Origin: Anolis carolinensis
Taxonomy: Eukaryota
NCBI RefSeq assembly: GCF_035594765.1
Contig: NC_085842.1
Location: forward strand, 118,123,036-118,187,035
Direction of reading: 5' to 3'
DNA length: 64,000 bases
The notes beneath the pieces are model-generated. The model was given only the letters and a program-made list of their open reading frames with translations. It had not been told where the DNA came from and searched no databases. The position numbers and the translations under genes were made by a program. Of the stretch, positions 39,893 to 48,540 are shown piece after piece (position 1 is the stretch's first letter; every line of letters starts with the position of its first letter).

Positions 39893-40088
39893 CCTCTTAA
39901 TGTTGCAGAAGAAAGGAAGGTCCTTTTGCTCATGAACAAACATGGCCCAGACAAACTATACCAGATAACAGCCAACACCAGCGGCAGCAAAGACATGGAC
40001 TTGACACTGCAGAGAGGACAGATTGTGGCACTCTTACATGACAAGGACACCAAGGGCAACCCTAATCGATGGTTGGTGGACACTGGAG
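39893..40088 (+). CDS. ARHGEF37: RhoGEF coding exon 10 (first SH3, N-part)
   Basis: ttcaacag|CCT; LYQITANTSGSKDMDLTLQRGQIVALLHDKDTKGNPNRWLVDTG; donor G|gtactg, phase 1. Confidence 0.92.
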
Positions 40089-40266
40089 GTACTGTGATAG
40101 TTACAGCTGTCAACCTTTTATCTCATTGACATCAAGTGTAACTTTATAGTCAAAACCATGGGAGATATCACAGAATGTTGACATGACATTTTTAAAGGCA
40201 CACACAACATGTGTTTATCCAAATATGTGTGATATATGACATGGCACTAAAATGTGGTTACTATAT

Positions 40267-40409
40267 TTTTTCTTCGTGTACTCTGTGAATGCACACTAAT
40301 GGAGAACCAACAGATACTCTTCCAAGCTAAAGTTTGAAATTTGGCGGTAACCCCGCCCCTCTTCCCGGAGGGTATAAAGGGCGCCCTCCGCGCCCGCTCT
40401 CCAGTTCCT
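40267..40409 (+). repeat. DIRS left inverted terminal repeat
   Basis: Reverse complement of the right ITR apart from a 19-nt gap, a 2-nt gap and 3 substitutions. Confidence 0.92.
40351..40378 (+). promoter_or_regulatory. DIRS promoter: GC box and TATA box
   Basis: ccccgcccc at 40351-40359 and TATAAA at 40373-40378, about 70 nt upstream of the gag ATG. Confidence 0.7.
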
Positions 40410-40449
40410 TTTTTTCCTCCGCAAAGCTCACTTTGGACTCTTCGTTCTT

Positions 40450-42507
40450 ATGTCAACCACGCGTTTTAAACGGTGCACTCAGTGTGCCGCTAAGATTCCA
40501 GATTCCGACGGCCACGCTAAGTGCCTTTTCTGCCTTGGCGAAAGCCACGTCGTCGGTACCTGCCGTTTTTGCCTGGCCTTTACAGCTCAGGCCAGAAGAA
40601 ATAGAGCTGCGAGACTCAGTGCAGCTCTTTACGAAAAAACTCTTGCTCCTGAGGCTTCCACTTCCACCTCGGCCTCGATGGCGTCCAGGCCTGCTCCGTC
40701 GGTATCATCTAAAACCTCAAAAACTTCGAGACCGCGACCGACCAAACCGCCCTGCACGGTGTCCACCGCTACGGTATCCACCCGGTCGGGCAAGATGGGC
40801 CCTTCATCAACTTCGAGTTCGGTGGCTTCGGCCATTTCCACTCGATCCCGCCTGGCTTCGCCGCCATCTTCTTCCACCATGAAGATTGCCTTCAAGAGGG
40901 CTCAGGAGGAATCCAGACGGGCTCAATCTGACTCGGCAGCTGTGTGCCCGATTCCCCTGACGCCGGGAAAATCGCTGAGGGTCGCGTCGAAACAACCCCC
41001 AGCAAAGAAACGAATGATCCAGAGGTCGTCCTCCTCAGCGTCTTCGAAGAAGGACGTCCCCTCCTCTGGGCCTTCCTCTAGGAGATCCTCTCCTATCCAA
41101 CCAGCACAACGCCTCCGCTCCTCTTCCTCTCCTCATGGTCAGTCCTCGGATGCGGACGCTCAAGCCTCCCCCGACCGGTCGGTCAGGACGGTTATTAAGG
41201 CTCCCCAGCCGGCACCATCTCGTCTTCCGGCTCGACAAGAACTCTTTCCCCCGGCTCAAACACCTGAGAGGGGTAGACAGATGACGCGCTTAGCCCGCGC
41301 CGCCCAGGCCTCCGCGTCCAAGGGCGTTCCTCCACAGCCGGCTCTCCCTGCTCCTGAGGTAATACCTCATCAGGACTCTGTGCTTGTTTCTCCTCCCCGG
41401 TCCCCTCAAGGGCCCGAGGAGGATGACCCCGATATCGAACACCCCAAGTCGATCCTCTCCGCCTCCGTTGTCTCTCTCGGTCTCGACCTCTCCCCGCCTC
41501 ACGACGCCTACGAGGTCGACCCACCTTCCCCGACGGATAATATTCGGGCTTTCTCCGACCAGATGGTCAGAATGGCAGACGCTCTGGGGATGGAAATTAA
41601 ACAAACTTCAAAGGCCGTTACCGACCCCGTTTTCAAGAGGGTTCAAGCCCAAGCCCCGCCAGCCACCTTGCTGCCTTTTCTTCCATACCTCCTGGACGTC
41701 ATCCAGGCATTTTGGAAGACTCCATCTTCGATACCTCCAACCTCTAAGAAAATAGAGGCCTGGTACCGAACCGATGACGAAGCCTTGGAATGGCTCAAGC
41801 ATCACCCTGACCCAAACTCCATGGTGGTAAAGGCCTCCCAATCGTCGGGTCGACACTCCAACTCCCCTGCCGACAGAGAGGGCAAACGCTTCGATGCGGT
41901 AGGCCGCAAGCTGTACTCCGGTGCTCTCCTCCTTTGCCGTATGGCAAACTACGGGGCCTGCATGGGCGCTTATCAACAGATCCTCTGGGAGAAAGCCCAA
42001 CCCTTCTTCGCCAAGCTTTCTGACGAAGACCGGTCAGTCCTTTCGACCCTCCAACAGGAGGCGGACTCTCTCGCACACCACCAAATTCAAATGGCTAAGC
42101 ATACCGGTGATACCGCCGGAAAAATGATTGCCCACGCGGTCGCGATCAGACGGCATGCATGGCTTCGGTCCTCAGGACTCTCTTCTTCCTCTCGACAAGT
42201 GATCGAAGACCTTCCTTTCGACACCCAGGGCCTTTTCAATTCTGGCACTGATGACAAACTTAAGTCCAATCACGACTTCAAGATTCTCGCAGCAAAGTGC
42301 GGGACCGATCAACCTCAGGCTCAGCGGACCCGATGGTTCCCACAACGGTACCGTCGCTACCCTCAGCCTTTTCGTCACCAGCCGTTTCGACGCTCGTCGA
42401 GCTCGAGTCACCACAGTCATCAGCAACAACCTCGCCGCCAGCACCAGGTCCCAAAAGGTCGGGGCAAAGGTCCTGCAGCTATGCCACAACCCCAACGACG
42501 GGCCTGA
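40450..42507 (+). CDS. DIRS ORF1 Gag-like protein (685 aa)
   Basis: N-terminal Cys/His finger (CTQC...DGH..CLFCLGESH....CRFC), S/P/R-rich linker, C-terminal helical domain (DREGKRFDAVGRKLY...RRHAWLR...IEDLPF) of the DIRS gag/LAP2alpha-like type. Confidence 0.9.
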   Translation: MSTTRFKRCTQCAAKIPDSDGHAKCLFCLGESHVVGTCRFCLAFTAQARRNRAARLSAALYEKTLAPEASTSTSASMASRPAPSVSSKTSKTSRPRPTKPPCTVSTATVSTRSGKMGPSSTSSSVASAISTRSRLASPPSSSTMKIAFKRAQEESRRAQSDSAAVCPIPLTPGKSLRVASKQPPAKKRMIQRSSSSASSKKDVPSSGPSSRRSSPIQPAQRLRSSSSPHGQSSDADAQASPDRSVRTVIKAPQPAPSRLPARQELFPPAQTPERGRQMTRLARAAQASASKGVPPQPALPAPEVIPHQDSVLVSPPRSPQGPEEDDPDIEHPKSILSASVVSLGLDLSPPHDAYEVDPPSPTDNIRAFSDQMVRMADALGMEIKQTSKAVTDPVFKRVQAQAPPATLLPFLPYLLDVIQAFWKTPSSIPPTSKKIEAWYRTDDEALEWLKHHPDPNSMVVKASQSSGRHSNSPADREGKRFDAVGRKLYSGALLLCRMANYGACMGAYQQILWEKAQPFFAKLSDEDRSVLSTLQQEADSLAHHQIQMAKHTGDTAGKMIAHAVAIRRHAWLRSSGLSSSSRQVIEDLPFDTQGLFNSGTDDKLKSNHDFKILAAKCGTDQPQAQRTRWFPQRYRRYPQPFRHQPFRRSSSSSHHSHQQQPRRQHQVPKGRGKGPAAMPQPQRRA

Positions 42508-44464
42508 CGCCCACTCTCTCGGGGATCTTTCTATCTCCACTACTACTGCCACTACCATGCCGTTCCTAGGCCCCGACCAGATCCTTCCTCTCTGTTCTTT
42601 TCTCGACCGCCTAGCTCCTTTTTACCGCGAATGGGAGTCTATCACCTCAGATGCCTGGGTTCTTCGCATTGTCAGAGACGGCTATGCCTTGGAATTCGAA
42701 ACTTTGCCACCCACGGGTCACATCCTCCACACCGACCCTTCACCGGAAATATGCGCCGAGGTCGACTCCCTTCTGGTGAAGGGCGCAATCCAGCCTTCTC
42801 CTTCCGAGCAGGACACTCGAGGTTTCTTCTCGAGATACTTTACGGTTCCCAAGCGGGGCGGAGGTCTTCGGCCTATCCTCGACCTACGGGCTCTAAACCT
42901 CTTCATTCTGCCTTCAAAATTTCGAATGGTTTCAGTGGCCTCCATTCTCCCGATGCTCCGACACGGAGACTACTTCGCCTCTATAGACTTACGCGACACG
43001 TATTTCCACGTCTCGGTGCGTCGATCCCACAGACGCTTCCTTTCCTTCAAGCTCCTGGGACACTCTTACCAGTTCACAGTTCTCCCTTTCGGCCTCGTCA
43101 CGGCCCCAAGGGTCTTTACAAAGGTGGTCGCCGTGGTGGCAGCGCACCTCAGGAAAAAGGGCATTATGGTCTTTCCTTATCTGGACGATTGGATGATTGT
43201 CGCGTCCGACCCCTCATCCCTTCGAAACCACGTCTCACAGTCTCTTTCTCTCCTGCAACGACTGGGCCTTCAGTTGAATGTCTCAAAGTCTCAACTCCTC
43301 CCAACCACAGAGATCCGCTTCATCGGAGCTCTCTTCAACTCCATCACGGAAACCGCCTCCCTACCGAAGGACAGGTTCCTAGCCCTTCAACAGCACCTTT
43401 CTCTCCTCCTCCGCAACCGCAGGATCGGAGCCCACGCGGTCCAAGTTCTTCTGGGTCACATGGCCTCCACGGTCATGGTTACCCCTTTCGCCAGATTACG
43501 TCTCAGACCTCTCCAAAGATGGTTTATAGACTCTTTCAAACCCCATCGGCATCCGAGCTCAATGTTTCTCATGGTACCGAACCACGTTCGCCTCTCCCTT
43601 CGTTGGTGGCAGGACCCAGCGAACGTTTGTGTGGGACTTCCCTTCCATCCCTCCCTACCGTCAGTCACCATCACGACCGATGCCTCCAATTTTGCATGGG
43701 GAGCCCACATGTCAAACCTCACCGTCAGGGACCTGTGGTCCACCCAAGAAAGGTCTCACCACATAAACTTTCTAGAACTGTTATCAATCTTCAAAGCCCT
43801 CCGGGCGTTTGCTCGCTTTCTTCCCCACAAGTCTGTTCTAATCCAAACGGACAACGTAGTAGCTATGTACTACATCAACAAACAAGGGGGTACGGGCTCG
43901 AGAAAACTCATGGCTCTCTCGATGGACATTTGGCTATGGTGCATAGCGAGACACATAACTCTGTCGGCAGTTCACCTTCCGGGGGCTCAAAACACTCTAG
44001 CAGACTCTCTAAGCATAATAACGACCTCCCCCCACGAGTGGCGTCTCGATCCCGAGATCCTGAAATCCGTCTTCGACGATTGGGGCTGGCCAGCTCTGGA
44101 CCTTTTTGCCTCCCCCTTGAACGCTCAACTTCCTCGCTTCGGAGCGAGACTACCTCCAAACTCGACTCCGGGCTGTCTCGGAGACGCGTTTCTCCTCGAC
44201 TGGACTCTCGAACCCGTCTATCTTTTTCCTCCCTTCCCTCTCATCTCGAGAGTAATAGAGAGACTCTATCTAACACCGACATCGGCCATCCTGATCGCCC
44301 CTGCATGGCCACGCCAGCCGTGGTATCCCACGCTACTCCGGATGTGTGCGGATCCTCCCCGCACTCTCCCAACTCTCCCTCATCTACTATCTTCGCAGAA
44401 GGGACAGGTCCTCCACCCCGACATCCCGTCCCTACACCTGACTGCCTGGAGGATACTTCCTTAA
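42251..44464 (+). CDS. DIRS ORF2 reverse transcriptase / RNase H / methyltransferase-like
   Basis: RPILDLRALN, LPFGL, YLDD (43178-43189), RNase H TTDAS, HINFLEL, TDN, ADSLS; C-terminal DLFAS...YLFPPF...APAWPRQPWYP. True start uncertain (ATG 42251 or 42557). Confidence 0.94.
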   Translation: MTNLSPITTSRFSQQSAGPINLRLSGPDGSHNGTVATLSLFVTSRFDARRARVTTVISNNLAASTRSQKVGAKVLQLCHNPNDGPDAHSLGDLSISTTTATTMPFLGPDQILPLCSFLDRLAPFYREWESITSDAWVLRIVRDGYALEFETLPPTGHILHTDPSPEICAEVDSLLVKGAIQPSPSEQDTRGFFSRYFTVPKRGGGLRPILDLRALNLFILPSKFRMVSVASILPMLRHGDYFASIDLRDTYFHVSVRRSHRRFLSFKLLGHSYQFTVLPFGLVTAPRVFTKVVAVVAAHLRKKGIMVFPYLDDWMIVASDPSSLRNHVSQSLSLLQRLGLQLNVSKSQLLPTTEIRFIGALFNSITETASLPKDRFLALQQHLSLLLRNRRIGAHAVQVLLGHMASTVMVTPFARLRLRPLQRWFIDSFKPHRHPSSMFLMVPNHVRLSLRWWQDPANVCVGLPFHPSLPSVTITTDASNFAWGAHMSNLTVRDLWSTQERSHHINFLELLSIFKALRAFARFLPHKSVLIQTDNVVAMYYINKQGGTGSRKLMALSMDIWLWCIARHITLSAVHLPGAQNTLADSLSIITTSPHEWRLDPEILKSVFDDWGWPALDLFASPLNAQLPRFGARLPPNSTPGCLGDAFLLDWTLEPVYLFPPFPLISRVIERLYLTPTSAILIAPAWPRQPWYPTLLRMCADPPRTLPTLPHLLSSQKGQVLHPDIPSLHLTAWRILP

Positions 44465-45483
44465 ATTCTCTCCACCCAGACCTGCAGGCGATCCTTCGCG
44501 CCGCTCACAAACCGGCCACATCGAAGGCCTATGCTTACAAGCTGGCAAAATTCCAAACTTTCCTTCGGGACCGACGCATCGATCCCGCCTCTACTTCGAT
44601 CCCGCTGGTCATGGACTTCCTACTTTCCCTTGCGGATCGTCAACTTTCTCTGGCCTCGATAAAATCCTATCTCGCTGCTCTCTCCTGGCATTTCCAACGT
44701 CAGGGACAACCCTCTCTCTTTTCTAACAACCTCATTAAGACCTTCCTTCGAGGTTACAACAACTTGCACCCTCCAGTTCAACCTCCGACTCCCGGATGGA
44801 GCCTCGAACTCGTCCTTTCTCAACTAGCTTCAGCTCCCTTTGAACCTATGGCCTCTGCAGACCTTCACCTTCTCTCTTGGAAGACTGCCTTCCTTATCGC
44901 TATCACCTCTGCGCGCAGGCCTTCGGAACTGGCTGCTCTCCGGGTGGACGAACCCTATCTCCGTTTCCACCACGACAGGGCTGTCCTTCGCCCGGACATC
45001 ACCTTCCTACCTAAGGTGGTCTCTGCTTTTCACCTGAACCAGGACATAATACTTCCTGCTTTCTTCCCTAATCCTTCTTCTTCTCTGGAACGGAAACTCC
45101 ATCTCCTCGATGTCAGGAGAGCCCTCCTTTTCTACAAGGACAGGACTAAGGACATACGTAAGTCACCTAGACTGTTTGTGGCTTACGCTACCCATAAACT
45201 GGGCGAACCACTTTCTTCCCAAAGACTCTCACACTGGATTGCTCAGACCATCGAGCTCGCTTATCAGCTGGCCAAACGCCAACCCCCCTCTTCGATCCGC
45301 CCTAGATCTACGAGGGGCCTTTCCACCTCTACGGCCTTCCTGAAGGGCGTCCCTCTTGACTCCATCTGTCGAGCGGCTATCTGGTCCACTCCATCCACCT
45401 TTGTTTCACACTACAGGATGGACTCAAAGAACCTCAAGGACTCGGCCTTTGCCAGGTCCGTCCTTTCCTCCTGCCTTACCTAA
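42631..45483 (+). CDS. DIRS ORF3 tyrosine recombinase with long N-terminal extension
   Basis: YR core from about 44461: TSARRPSEL (Arg-I), RSTR (Arg-II), AAIWSTPSTFVSHY (Trp, catalytic Tyr); first about 610 codons overlap ORF2. Confidence 0.92.
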   Translation: MGVYHLRCLGSSHCQRRLCLGIRNFATHGSHPPHRPFTGNMRRGRLPSGEGRNPAFSFRAGHSRFLLEILYGSQAGRRSSAYPRPTGSKPLHSAFKISNGFSGLHSPDAPTRRLLRLYRLTRHVFPRLGASIPQTLPFLQAPGTLLPVHSSPFRPRHGPKGLYKGGRRGGSAPQEKGHYGLSLSGRLDDCRVRPLIPSKPRLTVSFSPATTGPSVECLKVSTPPNHRDPLHRSSLQLHHGNRLPTEGQVPSPSTAPFSPPPQPQDRSPRGPSSSGSHGLHGHGYPFRQITSQTSPKMVYRLFQTPSASELNVSHGTEPRSPLPSLVAGPSERLCGTSLPSLPTVSHHHDRCLQFCMGSPHVKPHRQGPVVHPRKVSPHKLSRTVINLQSPPGVCSLSSPQVCSNPNGQRSSYVLHQQTRGYGLEKTHGSLDGHLAMVHSETHNSVGSSPSGGSKHSSRLSKHNNDLPPRVASRSRDPEIRLRRLGLASSGPFCLPLERSTSSLRSETTSKLDSGLSRRRVSPRLDSRTRLSFSSLPSHLESNRETLSNTDIGHPDRPCMATPAVVSHATPDVCGSSPHSPNSPSSTIFAEGTGPPPRHPVPTPDCLEDTSLNSLHPDLQAILRAAHKPATSKAYAYKLAKFQTFLRDRRIDPASTSIPLVMDFLLSLADRQLSLASIKSYLAALSWHFQRQGQPSLFSNNLIKTFLRGYNNLHPPVQPPTPGWSLELVLSQLASAPFEPMASADLHLLSWKTAFLIAITSARRPSELAALRVDEPYLRFHHDRAVLRPDITFLPKVVSAFHLNQDIILPAFFPNPSSSLERKLHLLDVRRALLFYKDRTKDIRKSPRLFVAYATHKLGEPLSSQRLSHWIAQTIELAYQLAKRQPPSSIRPRSTRGLSTSTAFLKGVPLDSICRAAIWSTPSTFVSHYRMDSKNLKDSAFARSVLSSCLT

Positions 45484-45823
45484 TGTTGTTGCCTTACTCA
45501 AAACCAGTTTTCGGGTTTATCCTTCTTACAAGCTGACCGTTGTCATCCACCCCGTTTGTAATCGATGTGCTCAGGGGTTCTTTAACGTAGTGCTTGTGTA
45601 CTATACTTACCCACTGCACTGAAATGTATTTTTTGAATACTTCTCCCTCTGTTTTCAGAGAATGAGTTTATGCCTACCTCTGTATTTTCTTACAGACTAT
45701 TGCTCACTTACAATGTTGTGATTGTGTTCTGGATCCTAACAACAAGGATCGGTTTCTTTGCACTATATGCTATTGCATCGTTTCTTTGACCGTTGCACTT
45801 GCTTGTTTTTGCACCTTCTGCTC

Positions 45824-45829
45824 AATAAA
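45824..45829 (+). terminator. Candidate DIRS polyadenylation signal
   Basis: AATAAA followed by GT-rich tgtgttgtttg, between YR stop and ICR. Confidence 0.45.
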
Positions 45830-45897
45830 TGTGTTGTTTGGACACTAGACTGGTTATCGGGTTTGCTATCCCACCTACCTACACCTCAGCTTGCTAG

Positions 45898-45992
45898 TCT
45901 CCATTAGTGTGCATTCACAGAGTACACGAAGAAAAAGGACAGGTTGCTTACCTGTAACCGTGTTTCTTCGAGTGTACTCTGTGAATTCACAC
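45898..45992. repeat. DIRS internal complementary region (ICR)
   Basis: 45898-45936 is the exact reverse complement of 40267-40305; 45937-45992 is the exact reverse complement of 46184-46239, joined as in the circular junction. Confidence 0.95.
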
Positions 45993-46051
45993 AATCCCGC
46001 CCTTCCTTCCCCACATGCAAACCTCTCCCTTTCTCGCTGCCTTTGCGGCGT

Positions 46052-46239
46052 AGGAACTGGAGAGCAGGCGCGGAGGGCGCCCTTTATACCCTCCGGGAAG
46101 AGGGGCGGGGTTACCGCCAAATTTCAAACTTTAGCTTGGAAGAGTATCCGTTGGAGCCTGCGCAGGCGCAGCGTTCTCCATTAGTGTGAATTCACAGAGT
46201 ACACTCGAAGAAACACGGTTACAGGTAAGCAACCTGTCC
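46052..46239 (-). repeat. DIRS right inverted terminal repeat with 3' extension
   Basis: aggaactggagagc...gaagaaa plus extension cacggttacaggtaagcaacctgtcc absent from the left ITR. Confidence 0.92.
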
Positions 46240-46335
46240 ATCTTCCTTTCCCTAAACATATCTTCTTTTTCAGAGCTAAAACCTGCATAGTAAGGTTGTT
46301 TAATGTGGGAGGTGTTATAGTGATGGACTGAAATA

Positions 46336-46727
46336 CAGTGTTCCCTCGCTACTTCACGGTTCACTTTTCGCTCCCTCGCTGTTTCTGGGTTTTCAATTAA
46401 TATTAATGTACACATTTATCGTGGTATTTTTGCTGTTTCACAGGTTTTTGCGGTGTGCAAAGGGTTTTGGAAGGGGGGAAAGGGAGAAATAAAGGGAGAG
46501 GCGGGAAGGGTTGGAAATAAAAAAGGGTTATTTAGCTTCCATTCTTCTTCTCTGCTGGTGTACTGTATATTGTAATTGCTAAAATAAAGTACACACTGCA
46601 TTGTAGTAAGTGGTTTGTGGTTTGCTCTCCTCCACACATAGAATAAATATAGTGTCCCTACTTCGCAGATTTTCACTTATTGCGGGTGATCCTGGAAAAT
46701 AACCCCCACGATAAGTGAAGAACAGTG
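46336..46727. mobile_element. pogo/Tigger-like MITE
   Basis: TA|cagtgttccctcgct ... ataagtgaagaacagtg|TA. Confidence 0.7.
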
Positions 46728-47144
46728 TAGTTAATAAATTGTGTCTGCTTTATCAAATATGGTAACTCTAACTAAAAAAGAATGTCATGGCTCCTCCTTG
46801 AGTGGTGTTTTGTGTTTTGATCTGTGTCTTTGCATATATGTTGCCAGCATGGCATATATATTTAACACGACTGTGGTTTGTTAAATTTTGCCAGGATCCG
46901 AGTTCAACCCTAACTAGTGTGTAAGTCATTACAAATTTCACAAAGTCTTACATATTTGTGGAGGCTAGATTATTGTCATTGCTTTGTGATTGTAATAGAT
47001 ATATATCTTCTCTGTAGAATCGACCTGTTGCCTATCCAGTAGTAGTCCCTTGTGTATGCCTTCCCCAGTATTGGCACTTTAATGGCTATGATAGCTTGGG
47101 TAACCACCCTTCCCTGATGACATCGACATATTTTGCACTTTTGG

Positions 47145-47361
47145 CCCAGATCCTTTGAATCCAATCCACGATTTTATCATTTTATTTTTGTATGTGATTT
47201 TTATGACTGTTTTTACTGCTGATTGATGTTTTTATTGTTGATTGATCTGTTTTATTGTTTTGCTTTTATATTGTTGTGTCCGGGCTTGGCCCCGTGTGAG
47301 CCGCCCTGAGTCCCTTCGGGGAGATGGGGTGGGGTATAAGAATAAAATTATTATTATTATT
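47145..47361 (+). mobile_element. L2-type LINE 3' end
   Basis: gagccgccctgagtcccttcggggagatggggtggggtataagaataaa(tta)n. Confidence 0.75.
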
Positions 47362-48219
47362 TGTCAGACCCCTGGCAGCAGGGCACCAAGAACCATACAC
47401 GGAGGCCAATCTCTATCTAATATCTTTATTAAGGAAATGTGTAAAAGCAATAAAAACAAGTGAAGAATATAGTTCAGAAGCAGACCTTTCAAATGAGGTC
47501 AAATATAGTCCAAAAATGTATTGTCCAATAAATGATATTAGAGTTCAAAGTTTTTAATCCACTTGACCGAAACACACACTATTGCCAAGCAATAGTGTGG
47601 GGAAATGTCTGAGTCTCAGGAGTCCTAGGTAGCTTGACAACAAGGCTGGAAACAAGGCTGGATACAAGGCTGGATACAAGGCAAACAGTGATTCTTAGAA
47701 CAAGGTCCGTGGTTAAAAGCAAGCGAGGCAAGTCTTGATTACTTAATCCGGGAAGCAAGGAACTGGGGTTACGAAGTCCACACACGATCTTACTCCTGAA
47801 GCTGCTCTGTTGACTCCGCAAAGATTCTCCCGCATCAGGCACCTATATTGGGGTCTCGTTTTCCCGCCAACAATCTCTTTCCCTAGAGAACGGGAAGCGT
47901 AACCCAACTTTGTCCAGATGCAAGACTCCTTAGAATTTCCCAAGGGAAGCAGGTCTAATCAGCCTGTTGTCTGGCAGCAATTCGTAAACTCCTCCGAGTC
48001 TGTTCCCTGACTCCTCTGTCAGCACAATAAGATTCTCTCCTCGGGAACGGAGGCGAGGAATGCCCAAGGTCTGTTTTACTGAATTCTTGGGTACAAACAT
48101 CAACATCCGGCAAGTGAAAGGACTCCGGCTCTTGTTGAACCGGCGAAAACCCCATGTTTTCGTCTTCATCTGCCACGATGGCACTAGGAGCAGGACTACA
48201 AGGCCCATGAGGCATCACA
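47362..48219 (-). mobile_element. Solo LTR (858 bp), probably Gypsy-type
   Basis: tgtca...atcaca termini, 5-bp TSD TTATT inside a (TAT)n tail, minus-strand AATAAA near 47425, internal acaaggctgga repeats 47638-47682. Confidence 0.85.
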
Positions 48220-48313
48220 TTATTATTATTTTAGCAACACAATGGCAAGCCTCTAAAAACTAGCTGTGGGAAGTGTGATTGTGCAGTTGCATTCCTCCCT
48301 TTCTTGTTTGAGT

Positions 48314-48540
48314 ATGTGTGTGTGTGTATGTGCCTCCAATTTGTTTCTCGACTTACGGTTATCCCATGAATTGCAAATGGTTTTCTTGGACAAGGAATAC
48401 TCAACGGCAATTTTGCCAGTTTTGTCATCTGAAATGTAGTCTATAGCACCTGATATTCATTGGTGGTCTTCCATCCAAGTACTAACCAGAGCTCACCCTG
48501 CTTAGTTTCCAGGATCAGATAGGTTCTGGTGCCTTTTAGA
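48314..48540 (-). mobile_element. 5S rRNA-derived SINE
   Basis: Minus strand ctgatcctggaaactaagcagggtgagctctggttagtacttggatggaagacc matches the 5S internal control region; unrelated body and (CA)n tail follow. Confidence 0.82.

Larger units (their letters stand above)
40267..46239 (+). mobile_element. Full-length DIRS1-type tyrosine recombinase retrotransposon
   Basis: Inverted termini (about 40267-40409 vs 46052-46239), internal complementary region 45898-45992, gag, RT-RNaseH-MT and YR ORFs, no TSD, CpG-rich relative to flanks. Confidence 0.96.

Noticed and set aside
40334-44823. Many short alternative-frame and antisense ORFs within DIRS
   Set aside because: Expected in GC-rich sequence; no motifs
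48440-48540. Functional 5S rRNA gene
   Set aside because: Diverged, no oligo-T terminator, fused to SINE body and tail
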